Notes: generated by a model not told the origin, from the letters alone. A stretch of 64,000 bases of DNA from Eledone cirrhosa (GCA_964016885.1 OZ024764.1:10044001-10108000), one strand, 5' to 3'. Shown: positions 42,406-56,977, counted from the stretch's first letter. A program made the numbers and translations.

Positions 42406-43837
42406 AAAAGAAAGATAGAGAAGAAAGAGATAAAGAAAGCGAAAGAAAGATAGATAAGAAAGAAAGATAATTATTTAGTTGAGTCTTTTGGTGGTTTTAT
42501 CCAATATTAAATGGCCGCCAATATCGTCTGCGACAAAAGAAACTTTTCAAAACAGGTCGCTCACAATTTCCATGTCGTACCAATGGCTGACTAATTTACT
42601 AGCGGCTCTTTTTATTCTCATTCCATTCCACACTTTCTGCTTTCTTTATTGTCCTCATTTTTCTTTTTCCTTCTTATTCTTCTTCTTCGTTTTCTTTCTT
42701 TATTATCCTCATTTTCTTTTTCCTTCTTATTCTTCTTTCTTCTTTCTTTATTATCCTCATTTTTCTTTTTCCTTCTTATTCTTCTTCGTTGTCTTTCTTT
42801 ATTCTTATTTTTCTTCGTTTTCTTTCTTTATTCGTCTTATTCTGATTTTTCTTCATTTTCTTTCTTTATTATCCTCCTTTTTCCTTCTTATTTCTTCGTT
42901 TTCTATCTTTATTCGTCTTATTCTGATTTTTCTTCATTTTCTTTCTTTATTATCCTCCTTTTTCCTTCTTATTTCTTCGTTTTCTTTCTTTATTATCCTC
43001 CTTTTTCCTTCTTATTCTTCCTTTTCTTTCTTTATTATCCTCCCTTTTCCTTCTTATTCTTATTCTTCTTCGTTTTCTTTCTTTATTATCCACCTTTTCC
43101 CTTCTTCTTATTCTTATTCTTTCGTTTTTTCCCCGTTATTATCCTCCTTTATCTTTCTTCTTTCTCATTTCGTTTTCTTTCTTTCTCATTTCTTCTTTAT
43201 TCTTCATTTTCTTTTTCCTTCTTTCCCCTTTCTTCTATCTTTATTACACTCCTTTTTCTTTCTTTACATTTCATTTACTTTTTCCTTCTTCTTCATTCTC
43301 ATTTCTTCTTTTTTCCTTCTTTCTAATTCCTTCATTTTCTTTCTTTCTCATTTTTTCTTCGTTTTTTTCTTCTTTCTCCTTCTTCCCTCATTTTCTCCTT
43401 TATACTTCCTTCTTTTCTTTCTTCCACGTTCCTATTACACCCTTTCCCTCTCTCTCTCTCTCTCACTATTTCTCTCTATCTATCTATCTCTCACTCTCTC
43501 TGTCTATCCCTATCTATCTATCTCTCCTTCTCTCTCCATATCTCTCTATCTCTCCTTCTCTCTCCCTATCTATCTATCTCTCTATCTCTCCCTCTCTCTC
43601 TCTATCTATCCCTCCCTCTCTCCCCTATCTATCTATCTCTCCTTCTCTCTCCCTCTATCTATCCCTCCCTCTCTCCCCTATCTATCTATATCTCCCTCTC
43701 TCTCCCTATCTCTCCCTCCCTCTCTCTCCCCTATCTATCTATCTCTATCTCTCCTTCTCTTTCCCTATTTATCTATCTCTCCGTCTCTCTATCTATCCAT
43801 CCCTCTCTCTCTCCTATCTATCTATATCACCCTCTCC

Positions 43838-43894
<57 letters not shown>

Positions 43895-44349
43895 CACACC
43901 TATTTCTACACTTCCTCCACCTTTTCCTTCCATATTATCCTCCAATATGTTCCTAACTTTCACAAGAACCATTCTTTCATCTTCAATTTCTTTTGTAATT
44001 CCGAGCCGCAGTTCTCCACTTCCTCATCCTTCACATCCTCTCCACTTCATCACATTCTTCTTTCTTCTTCTTTCTTTTTCACTTAACCCTAACCATTCTT
44101 CTTTTACTTCTTCTTCTTCTTCTTTTTCTTCTTCTTCACCTCCATCTTCTTCTTCTTCTTCTTCTTCTTCTTCAGTCTTGCTCTTCCTCTTTTTCTTCAA
44201 CATCATCATCATCATCATCATCATCTTCTTCATCACTTTCTCCGCTTCATCATCATCATCATCACCACCTTCTCATCATCATCATCATCACCACCTTCTC
44301 TTCTCCATCACCATCATCATTATCATCTCCACCACCATCATCATCACCA

Positions 44350-45012
44350 TTTCTGTCCTCTGTCACCAACACCAGCACCACCACCATCATCACCACCTTC
44401 TCCACCATCATCACCATCATCATCACCACCACCATCATCACCATCTTCTGTCCTCTGTTATCAACACCACCACCACCACCACCACAACCATCATTACCTT
44501 CTCCACCACCACCACCACCACCACCATCATCACCGTCTCCACCACCACCACCACCCTATTCTGTCCTCAGTCATATTCACCACCACCACCACCACCATCA
44601 TTACCACCACCACCACCACCATCACCACCCTATTCTGTCCTCAGTCATATTCACCACCACCACCACCACCACCAACATCATCACCTTCTCCACCACCATC
44701 ATCACCACCACCACCACCATCAGCACCCTATTCTGTCCTCAGTCATATTCACCACCAACACCACCAACATCATCACCTTCTCCACCACCACCACCACCAC
44801 CACCACCACCACCACCACCATCACCACCCTATTCTGTCCTCAGTCATATTCACCACCACCACCACCACCACCAACATCATCACCTTCTCCACCACCATCA
44901 TCACCACCACCACCACCATCAGCACCCTATTCTGTCCTCAGTCATATTCACCACCAACACCACCAACATCATCACCTTCTCCACCACCACCACCACCACC
45001 ACCACCACCACC

Positions 45013-45046
<34 letters not shown>

Positions 45047-45110
45047 TCATCACCACCACCACCACCACCACCACCACCACCACCACCCTATTCTGTCCTC
45101 AGTCATATTC
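44350..45110. repeat. CCCTATTCTGTCCTCAGTCATATTCA units separated by variable (CAC/CAT)n
   Basis: Six or more copies of the core. Confidence 0.85.
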
Positions 45111-45395
45111 ACCTCTCCTCCCACCATCCCTCACCACCCCCCACCAGTCACCAATAAACCTCCTCTTCTACCAAAGATGGCTGTTTTAAACTTTTTATAT
45201 ATTCTCCACCACAAATCATCCTTTCTCTTTATTATATATACATTTTTTTTCTTTGTGTGTCTTTCGGATTTTTGTCTACCCCCCCTCCCTTTGCCCCCAC
45301 CACCACCACTGCTTTCAATCTACATTATATATGTGTTGGATGTGTGTGTGTGTCAGTGTGTGTATGTGAATGTGTGTGTATGAGTATCTCTCTCG

Positions 45396-45448
<53 letters not shown>

Positions 45449-45529
45449 TATATGTATATGTATATATGTGTGTGTGTATATATATGTATGTATTAGTATA
45501 TATGTATATATATATGTATATGTGTGTAT

Positions 45530-45564
<35 letters not shown>

Positions 45565-45569
45565 CATAC

Positions 45570-45605
<36 letters not shown>

Positions 45606-45614
45606 CATACATAC

Positions 45615-45649
<35 letters not shown>

Positions 45650-45899
45650 ATTACTATATATATATATATATATGTATATGTGTATATATATATATATATA
45701 CATACATACATTATATATATATATATATATATACATACATTATATATATATATATATATATATATATAATGTATGTATGTATATATATATATGTGTGTGT
45801 ATATATATATATACATACATACATTATATATATATATATATACATACATATATTATATATATATATAATGTATGTATATATATATATATATAATGTATG

Positions 45900-45947
<48 letters not shown>

Positions 45948-46167
45948 CATTATACATATATATATACATATATACATATACATATATACATTATACATAC
46001 ATACATACATTATACATACATATATACATACATACATTATACATACACTTATATACATACAATTTCAATTTCTGATGCTTCACAAAAACAACAACAAGAG
46101 AAGAAATAATAGCAAAACCAATAATAATTACAACAACAACAACAACAGCAACAACATTTCTTTGTCC

Positions 46168-46210
<43 letters not shown>

Positions 46211-46311
46211 TCCTTCTTACCTTTATATAAAGTTCTTTTGTTGTGTTAATTTTTTCTATAACTTTCATTTTCTAATCTTATGCAATATCAATCTAGATCT
46301 TTCTTTCTATG

Positions 46312-46373
<62 letters not shown>

Positions 46374-46440
46374 CCTATCTATCTATCTATATATATATAC
46401 ACACACCTATCTTTCTTTCTATGTATATATATATATACAC

Positions 46441-46484
<44 letters not shown>

Positions 46485-46542
46485 ATATATACGCATCTAT
46501 CTATCTATATATATCTCTCTCTATATATATATATACACACAT

Positions 46543-46879
46543 GGAGGCACATGGCTTAGTGGTTAGAGCATTGGCCTTGCAATCGAAAGGTTGTCAGTTC
46601 AATTCTCAGACCGGGTGATGTGTTGTTTCCTTGAACAAGACACTTTATTTCACATTGCTCCAATTTACTCAGCTGTAGAAATGAGATGATAGGGACTGGG
46701 GTCCCTATCATTCCACTGCAAAGTGGTCGTGGAGGCGCCACGGCAAAAAACCACCCAGCACTCACTGTAAATGAGGTTGGTGTTAGGAAGGGCATCCAGC
46801 TGTAGAAATCAAGCCAGAATCAGTTCCCGTCCCACCCTTGCAAGCAGGGAAAAGCGGACGTAAAATGATGATGATATAT

Positions 46880-46911
<32 letters not shown>

Positions 46912-47203
46912 CATTTCATCATCATTTCATTTTACGTCCACTTTTCCCTGCTTGCAAGGGTGGGACGGGAACTGATTCTGGCTTGATTTCTACAGCTGGA
47001 TGCCGTGGCACCTTCACGACCACTTTACAGTGGAATGATAGGGACCCCAGTCCCTATCATCTCATTTCTACAGCTGAGTAAACTGGAGCAATGTGAAATA
47101 AAGTGTCTTGCTCAAGGAAACAACACATCACCCGCTCTGAGAATTGAACTGACAACCTTTCGATTGCAAGGCCAATGCTCTAACCACTAAGCCATGTGCC
47201 TCC
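46543..47203. mobile_element. Tail-to-tail inverted pair of tRNA-derived SINE family B
   Basis: 46543-46874 (+) and 46927-47203 (-). TGGCTTAGTGGTTAG A box, GTTCAATTC B box, CCTTGA.CAAGACACTT CORE-like motif, GGACGTAAAA(TGA)n tail. Confidence 0.85.
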
Positions 47204-47270
47204 ATATATATATATATATATATATATGGGGCCATAGATCACCTTTCAGTCTATCTGCATGCAGACACAC

Positions 47271-47301
<31 letters not shown>

Positions 47302-47697
47302 AATACACAGATGCACACTATATACATATATACACACTATATACATATATACACACTATATACATATATACACACTATATACATATATACACACTATATA
47401 TATATATTTAGAGATGACAGAGGTTGAAACAAAACCTGATATGATGTGATAATGATGACATTAAACAGATGATAGATGTATAACAGTTGTACTATTTATA
47501 GTGTTATTTACATTACAGCTAATAATGATATATATATCATATATATATATATATATATATCCGTTATATATATCCGTTATATACACCGTATATGGTGTAT
47601 ATATTAGGATGTTCTTTTACAGGATGGAGTAGTGCACTATATGTGTACATGAAGAGATTGTATTTCTACACAATTATACATATAAAAAATATATATA

Positions 47698-47741
<44 letters not shown>

Positions 47742-47816
47742 AATATATTATATATAATAAATATATATAATAATATATATAATAATATATATAATAAATA
47801 TATATATATATATATA

Positions 47817-47925
<109 letters not shown>

Positions 47926-47941
47926 TATATATATATATATA

Positions 47942-47984
<43 letters not shown>

Positions 47985-48683
47985 TATATATGTCTGTATA
48001 TATATATATATATAGTGTGTGTATATATATATATATGGTGGCTGCCAACTCGTTTTCGAGTACGGCCACTACTTTATATCCATGTAGGAGAACCCCTACC
48101 GATGCGCCGAACGGGTGTGACTTTTTAGTCCAGCCAGCGACTTGAAAACTCTGGTACAAACACTACACCTGTGACAATTATTGACACATAGTGCTGGGCC
48201 CATGGTACCATGTGACGACAAGTGCAGAGGGATCTCCAGATATAAAGCAATGCCTGTGCCGTGAAGCTTTTATAGTGAGCAAAGGCACTGCACAAAGCCA
48301 GTCCCACTCTCTTAACCAAGATGATATTTACCAAAAAGAAGAACAAGTCAACATCATTGGATACCATCAGGGTTGCAGGTGTTATATCAGAGTTTTCCTT
48401 CTCCTAGAATTCTGCCTTGACAAAGGCTAAGGGGTCATCTCTCCCGGTGATTTTGGATGGCCATTGACTCTTAAGAGCTCCTTTGCCCTTTGACAGGTTT
48501 TGTTTTTAGTCCTGCAGGATGTCCAAAGTCACCCTCCTCACCAAGAAACCTTGGTGGGGTTGCCAGTTTAGTCGCCAACGACCCGACCATGAGACAGGTT
48601 GTACTGGAATACATGTTACCAGTAGCACCAACTGGTGACCTGACATACATATATATATATATATATATATACAGACATATATA

Positions 48684-48734
<51 letters not shown>

Positions 48735-49299
48735 TATATATATATATATATATACACTATATATATATATATACACTATATATATATTTGTGTGTAAGTG
48801 TGTGGGTGTGTGTGTGTACCTCTGTATGTGTGTGTATGTGTGTGTGTACATCTGTATGTGTGTGTGTGTGTACCTCTGTGTGTGTGTGTGTGTGTGTGTG
48901 TGTACCTCTGTGTGTGTGTGTGTGTGTACCTGTGTGTGTGTGTGTACCTGTGTGTGTGTGTGTGTGTGTGTGTACCGCTGTATGTATACCTCTATGTGTA
49001 TGTGTGTGTGTACCTGTGTGTGTGTGTGTGTGTGTGTGTGTACCTCTATGTGTGTGTGTGTGTGTGTGTAATACACCTTTAAGTAGGTGAAAAAAAAAGG
49101 AGAAAGATTTAAAAATACCTTAAAAAGAAAAGGACAAAACAATAACAAATAATAATAGGGAGTTGGCTGGGGCCCTTTTTTGAAGGTCACAGGGGTCAGA
49201 TCAATGAGGAAATAGTATTGATCTCCCAACTGATGATTTGTTAGTCTGTTCTGTGATCAGTGAAGTGTTGTGAGGGATTCCTTTGATCTCCACTTTGAT

Positions 49300-50500
49300 A
49301 ATTGTAGGGTGGGGTGGGTGGCTGGTGTGGTGGCGTGGTAGTGTCGTGGTGGGGTGGGTGAGTGGTGGTGGTGTAGTGTAGGGTAGGGTGGGACTGGGGC
49401 CTGGTGTGGTGGTGGTGTGGTGGTGTAGTGTAGGATAGGGTAGGAGTGGGACTGGGGCCTGGTGTGGTGGCGTGGTGGTGTCGTGGTGGTGGGGTGGGTG
49501 AGTGGTGGTGGTGTAGTGTAGGGTAGGGTGGGACTGGGGCCTGGTGTGGTGGTGGTGTCGTGTGGTGGTGGTGTAGTGTAGGGTAGGAGTGGGAGTGTGG
49601 TGGTGGTGGTGGTGGTGGGGTGGGTGAGTGGTGGTGGTGTAGTGTAGGGTAGGGTGGGACTGGGGCCTGGTGTGGTGGTGGTGGTGTAGTGTGGTGGTGG
49701 TGGTGTAGTGTAGGGTAGGGTGGGACTGGGGCCTGGTGTGGTGGTGGTGTCGTGTGGTGGTGGTGGTGTAGTGTAGGGTAGGAGTGGGACTGGGGCCTGG
49801 TGTGGTGGTGGTGGTGTAGTGTAGGGTAGGAGTGGGACTGGGGCCTGGTGTGGTGGTGGTGTGGTGGTGTGGTGGTGGTGGTGTTTGTAGGGTAGGGTGG
49901 GACTGGGGCCTGGTGTGGTGGTGGTGTGGTGGTGTGGTGGTGGTGGTGTTTGTAGGGTAGGGTGGGACTGGGGCCTGGTGTGGTGGTGGTGTCGTGGTGT
50001 GGTGGTGGTGGTGTAGTGTAGGGTAGGAGTGGGACTGGGGCCTGGTGTGGTGGTGGTGTGGTGGTGTGGTGGTGGTGGTGTAGTGTAGGGTAGGAGTGGG
50101 ACTGGGGCCTGGTGTGGTGGTGGTGTGGTGGTGTGGTGGTGGTGGTGTAGTGTAGGGTAGGAGTGGGACTGGGGCCTGGTGTGGTGGTGGTGTGGTGGTG
50201 TGGTGGTGGTGGTGTAGTGTAGGGTAGGAGTGGGACTGGGGCCTGGTGTGGTGGTGGTGTGGTGGTGTGGTGGTGGTGGTGTAGTGTAGGGTAGGAGTGG
50301 GACTGGGGCCTGGTGTGGTGGTGGTGTGGTGGTGTGGTGGTGGTGGTGTAGTGTAGGGTAGGGTGGGACTGGGGCCTGGTGTGGTGGTGGTGTGGTGGTG
50401 GTGGTGGTGTAGTGTAGGGTAGGAGTGGGACTGGGGCCTGGTGTGGTGGTGGTGGTGTGGTGTAGTGTAGGGTGGGAGAGGGGCCTGGTGTGGCGGTGGT
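49300..50500. repeat. G-rich ~60-bp minisatellite
   Basis: Core GTAGTGTAGGGTAGG(A)GTGGGACTGGGGCCTGGTG plus (GGT)n. Confidence 0.9.
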
Positions 50501-51166
50501 GGTGTGGTGTAGGGTGGGAGTGGTGTGGTGGTATGGTGGTGGGGGCAGTGGGTGTGGTGGTGTGGTGGTGGGGGCAGTGGGTGTGGTGGTGTGGTGGTGG
50601 TGCGGTGTTGTGGTGGCGGTGGTGTTGTGGTGGTGGTGTGGTGGGGGTGCTGTGGTGGTGTTGGTGTGGTGGTGATAGGGATGTTGTGGTGGTAGTGTGT
50701 TAGTATGGAGGTGTGTTGTGGTGGTGGTGGTGGTGGTAGTGAAGTGGTGCTTGTATGGTGGCGGTGGAGGTTGTAGTGGTGTAGTGGTATGTGTGTATAT
50801 ACATATATATATATATATATATGTAGTATTATCCAAATAAATTCTCTAGCTTGTCTAGTTTACAGTCCTATACTGTATACACACTATATATACCATATAA
50901 ATACCATATATACCCTGTATATACACTATATATACACCATATATATACTCTATATATATATATATATATATACCAGAATATTTGAAATTCTCTCTTCTCT
51001 CTATATATTCTCTAGGTCGTATGGTTCCCAGCGCTGTATATACACTATATATATATACCCTGTATATACCCTATATATATATATATACACTATATATATA
51101 CTCTATATACACCGCCATATTTTAAATTCTCTTCTCTCTCTATTCCCTAGATTGTATGGTTCACAG

Positions 51167-51222
<56 letters not shown>

Positions 51223-51275
51223 TATATATATACACCACCATATTTGAAATTCTCTCTTTTCTCTCTATTCTCTAG

Positions 51276-51410
51276 GTTGTATGGTTCACAGCCCTGTTCC
51301 CTTATTTTGTCCTGTTTATATTGATGATACGTGGTGCAACATTGCCTGGAGCCCTTGACGGCATCAAATATTACCTGACCCCAAATTTCTCACGGCTTGC
51401 ATATTCCGAG
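51276..51410 (+). CDS. DAT: DAT exon: TM5
   Basis: ttctctag| acceptor, GAG|gtaagg donor, 135 nt. Encodes [45 protein letters not shown]. Confidence 0.96.
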
Positions 51411-51663
51411 GTAAGGTCCTTTCCAGCCTTTGCCCTCTTCAGCGACTTTATATTTATTTATGTTTATATATATTGTTTTGTTTCTTTGTGAGTTTTTTTT
51501 ATAGATTACAGACAACTTTTTCACTTTTTTAAAAATTGTTCCCTCTCTCTCACTCCCCCTTTCTCTCTCTCTCTTGCTCACTTTCTCTCTCTCTCACTTT
51601 CCTACTTCCCCCTCTCTCTCTGTGTGTTCTGTTTTACTATTTATCTATTTGTCTGTCTGTCTG

Positions 51664-52205
51664 ATCAAACTGCCACCCTCCTTCAAAAACGAAGGAGAGG
51701 CAGTTTTCCTTTGTGTGATAGCTATGGTGAAAGAGGTTGTATGGTGGACGAGATTAAAAGGGCTGAGGTCAGACACCTTTCTCTCCGGCCAACAACTGAT
51801 TCTTTTTTTCAAATACCATTTTGGAAGAAGAGTCAGGATGGAGAGAGAGGTGCTGTACCCCAGGATGGAGAGAGAGGTGCTGTACCCCAGCAAGTTTTAT
51901 GAAAGGTGGGTGAATGTGGCGAGAATGGCCCGAGTGAATGGGCCTTCTCTCTATATCAGCCTGTAGGTTGAGGAAAAAGTGGAAGAGAGGAAAGGGGTAC
52001 AAACTCTTCGTACTCCTGGAGATGAGGGTTGCACATTTTTTCGGGGGTATATGTTACCCATATGAACTGTCTCCCCCTATTGGGGAAAATCGACTAATTT
52101 TTTAAATTGCATTTGTGATAATATTTTACACGTTTTTATTGTATGTAAACTTCCCCCTTTGTATTTGTCCCCTTCTTTTGTGCCCCTGTGGCTAATAAAG
52201 AAACA
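51664..52205 (+). mobile_element. L1/Tx1-like LINE 3' fragment, copy 1
   Basis: PPSFKNEGEAVFLCVIAMVKEVVWWTR..., internal 27-bp duplication, ends GGCTAATAAAGAAA into TATC/TGTC repeats. Confidence 0.7.
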
Positions 52206-52349
52206 TATCTATTTGTCTGTCTGTCTGTCTGTCTACCTATGCATCTGACTGTCTGTGTATCAGTTAGTCTCTCTATTTATCTAGCCATCTCTATCTATCT
52301 ACATGTTTATCTGTCTATCTCACTGTCTACCTGTCTTTCTATCTATCTA

Positions 52350-52970
52350 TGAAACAGTCCTGCACGCAATTGTACACTGCCCGGGCGTAAGCGACCTGTG
52401 GACCTATGCAGAACAACTGCTGTCGCGTATGGGACAAATCCAGTTGACTGCCGAGTCCATAGTAAGGATCAAACCACCAGCCTCTTTCAAAAACGAAAGA
52501 GAGGCGGTTTTCCTCTGTATAGTGGCTATGGTGAAAGAGGTTATATGGTGGACGAGGTTGAGAGGACTGAGGACAGATGCCTTTCTCTCCGGACAACAAC
52601 TCATTCCCTTCTTTAAGTATCACTTTAGAAGGAGAATCAGAGTGGAGAGAGAGGCACTGCACCCCAGTAAATTTACTGAAAGGTGGGTGAATGAAGTGAA
52701 AATGGCCCGAGTGATTGGGCCTTCTCTGTTTATAAGCCTGTAGGTTGAGGAAGAGAGCAAAAGGAAGAAAGGAGCACTTGCACAACACGCTCCTGGAATT
52801 GAGGGTTATTCCACCGACGGCGTATTAAACAACCCATTTGTGGCGTCTTCCCCCTATTGGGGATTTGGATTGTTGTAATTGTTTGTTTTTATATTTTTGT
52901 ATGTAAAATCCCCGGCATGTCTTTGTATTGTCCCCTTTTCTTGTGCGCCCTTGTGGCTAATAAAGAAATA
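52350..52970 (+). mobile_element. L1/Tx1-like LINE 3' fragment, copy 2
   Basis: ETVLHAIVHCP (end of a zf-RVT-like motif)...VKEVIWWTR.... (TATC)n on both sides. Confidence 0.75.
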
Positions 52971-53590
52971 TATCTATCTATCTCACTGTTTGTCTATCTA
53001 CCTGTCTCAATCAATCTATATCTCCCCTCCCTCTCACATTTGTCCCTACCCCCACGTCACTAAAAGTTTCAGGTTAATTCCATTTCTATTTTATTGATTA
53101 TAGAAAAAAATACACATACACAAACAATATACAAAACACATATGCATACACACACACATATACATACACACACATTCAAACATATACACACATGCAGACA
53201 CATACCCAAACACATACAGAGACACACAGGCACACACACACACACATACATACATACACAAACATACATGTGCATACACACCCATACACACACACACATA
53301 CAGACACACATACATATATGCAGACACACATTCACACGCTGACATACATACATACATATATGCAGACACACATACACATACTGACATACATACATATATG
53401 CAGACACACATTCACACGCTGAGAGACACAGAGATATACATACAGATACATATACCCAATTACACAAGCATGTACATACAGAGACACATACACACTCACC
53501 ATGAAACCCCTAAAAAACTGGATGTGTTTAGGGAACTACAAGAAAAAATGGGATTCATAGACATTGTTATATATTTATATATATATATAT

Positions 53591-53915
53591 GGAGGCACAT
53601 GGCTTAGTGGTTAGAGCATTGGCCTTGCAATCGAAAGGTTGTGAGTTCAATTCTCAGACCGGGTGATGTGTTGTTTCCTTGAGCAAGACACTTTATTTCA
53701 CATTGCTCCAGTTTACTCAGCTGTAGAAATGAGATGATAGGGACTGGGGTCCCTATCATTCCACTGTAAAGTGGTCGTGTAGGTGCCATGGCAAAAAAAG
53801 CACCCAGCACTCACTGTAAATGAGGTTGGTGTTAGGAAGGGCATCCAGCTGTAGAAATCAAGCCAGAATCAGTTCCCGTCCCACCCTTGCAAGCAGGGAA
53901 AATCGGACGTAAAAC

Positions 53916-53945
<30 letters not shown>
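53591..53945 (+). mobile_element. SINE B, full length, flanked by a ~120-bp direct repeat
   Basis: Same head and tail as the copy at 46543. Confidence 0.85.
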
Positions 53946-53946
<1 letters not shown>

Positions 53947-54045
53947 TACACACAGAGACACACACACACTTGCCATGAAACCCCTAAAAAACTGGATGTG
54001 TTTAGGGAACTACAAGAAAAAATGGGATTCATAGACATTGTTATA

Positions 54046-54092
<47 letters not shown>

Positions 54093-54207
54093 ATATATAT
54101 ATTTCTGGGTGCTTTCCCTCTTTAGCGACGAACTTCTACCCCACTCTCTCTCTCTCTCTCTTTCACTCACTATCTCCCACTATCTTTTTCTCTCTCTCAC
54201 TCACTAT

Positions 54208-54366
54208 CAAGGCTGTCTTAACGCATGGGCATGCTGGGCAGTTGCCCGGGAGCCCCGTGAGGATAGGGGACCCATTTGTATTTTTATTCCTGTGAGTGGT
54301 TGTGTAGGTAGGGGCCCCAGTGCTCTGCTTTGCCCTGGGCCCTATAATGCTGTTAAGACGGCCCTG
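54208..54366. mobile_element. hAT-type MITE (159 bp)
   Basis: TIRs CAAGGCTGTCTTAAC and GTTAAGACGGCCCTG. Exact 8-bp TSD CTCACTAT at 54200-54207 and 54367-54374. Confidence 0.85.
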
Positions 54367-54703
54367 CTCACTATCTCTCTCTCGGAAGAGAACAGGATGT
54401 AGTCCCTCCACCCCACCCTCCCAGGCATTCTCTCATCCAATCAAACCATTTCTACCACACACACACACACATATATATGTATATATATAACATATATATA
54501 TATATATATATATATATAACATATATATATGTTATATATATATATATAACATATATACCACACACACACATATATATATGTATATATATATGTATATATA
54601 TATATATAACATATATAACACACACACACATATATATATGTATATATATATAACATATATAACACACACACATATATATATATATATAACACACACACAC
54701 ATA

Positions 54704-54746
<43 letters not shown>

Positions 54747-54771
54747 CATATATAACACACACACACATATA

Positions 54772-54803
<32 letters not shown>

Positions 54804-54885
54804 ACATATATAACACACACACACATATATATATATGTATATATATATGTATATATATATATATTTATATCATCATCATCATCAT

Positions 54886-54976
<91 letters not shown>

Positions 54977-55099
54977 TATCTATTATGTGTGTGTGTGTGT
55001 GTCGGGTTCATCCGAGGGGTAACCACAATAAGTAAGGGGTTTCCAGATGATTTCCTTTGAATGAAACAGTCTAGTCCTGTAGAAGCCATTTCTATATTG

Positions 55100-55154
<55 letters not shown>

Positions 55155-55161
<7 letters not shown>

Positions 55162-55622
55162 ATACTTTGGGAGGGTCATGTTGCCAATAAGAAACACACG
55201 CACCAGTTGCTTTCACTTCAATTTATTATATATTTATAAACACACACAGACACCCGGATGTGGCGCATGCGCAAACTGAGCACACAACACACACACAGAA
55301 ACAAAATGGCGTAGGATAGAAGAAAGGAAAGGCACAGAAACGAAGAAAGGAATCCCCAGTCACTGAAGAGGTCACAGAGTGTGTGACGAAAGGACTATGA
55401 CTATATATAAACAACTATCTGGTTGTGGAACCAACCAACCAACCAGAAATTTATAAGTTTGTAAATTTGTAAATTTATAAATTTATAAATATATAATAAA
55501 TTGAAGTGAAAGCAACTGGTGCGTGTGTTTCTTATTGGCAACATGACCCTCCCAAAGTATAACAATATCGGTTTCAACACACGATTTCAGATAAAGAATC
55601 TTGCTAAACAAATTCAGAAACG

Positions 55623-55625
<3 letters not shown>
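55155..55625. mobile_element. Penelope-like element with ~85-bp inverted arms enclosing a hammerhead
   Basis: Arms at about 55155-55240 and 55482-55568, plus a tail. Confidence 0.65.
55358..55402 (+). ncRNA. Minimal hammerhead motif
   Basis: AGTCA-CTGAAGA-G(GTCACA/TGTGAC)-GAAA-GGAC-TA-TGACT. Confidence 0.7.
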
Positions 55626-55683
<58 letters not shown>

Positions 55684-55760
55684 AGAGAGAGATGAACATA
55701 CATATATACCAACATTTAGTTATACCCGCCTGACCCCCCCCCCCTCCCATACACATAGAG

Positions 55761-55850
<90 letters not shown>

Positions 55851-55854
55851 CACA

Positions 55855-56039
<185 letters not shown>

Positions 56040-56128
56040 CCCAATCTCTGTCTCCAAATTTTCTTTTTCTGTACTAGGTCTCTAGGTCTTTAGAAAACAT
56101 ATTATCAAGGCATTTTATTCTTTATTTA

Positions 56129-56243
<115 letters not shown>

Positions 56244-56285
56244 TATATTTGTGTATATATGAATATATATACATATGTATATATA

Positions 56286-56351
<66 letters not shown>

Positions 56352-56393
56352 TATATTTGTGTATATATGAATATATATACATATGTATATATA

Positions 56394-56448
<55 letters not shown>

Positions 56449-56552
56449 GGGTGTGTATATGTGTGTGTTTTTTTTTATCAAAATGTTTGTCGTAAAACCC
56501 CATAATCTGGTAAATATTTTATTTACTCCGTCAAGAGTGGGACAGAGAGAGA

Positions 56553-56600
<48 letters not shown>

Positions 56601-56935
56601 TGGGTAAGAAAAAAGGGAGGGAGGAAAATTTCCTGAAATAAAAAAGAAATATATTTCCCTTCACCCCATCAACCCACCCCAACACAGCCCAATAAAAGAA
56701 AAGTAAAAAATTTAAATAAAAAACACACAATTTCAAAAAACAGCCAATCAAATGCTTCACTTTATTTTTCCTCTTTATTATAGTTTTTTATGTTTTTTTT
56801 TTTTTTTTGATTGGTGCCGTATTAGTAAAACAAGAAAATATTTACTGATTTACTGAATCTGTTTACTGCTGTGTATAGTTAGTAGACAATAAAGTATTTT
56901 TCATTATATATACATACATATATATATATATACAC

Positions 56936-56977
<42 letters not shown>

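Noticed and set aside
46543-46615. tRNA gene
   Set aside because: The A/B boxes belong to a SINE head followed by core and tail. No complete cloverleaf.
48037-48645. GC-richer 600-bp insert in (TA)n with short ORFs
   Set aside because: Probably an interspersed repeat, but no recognisable protein or terminal structure to classify it.
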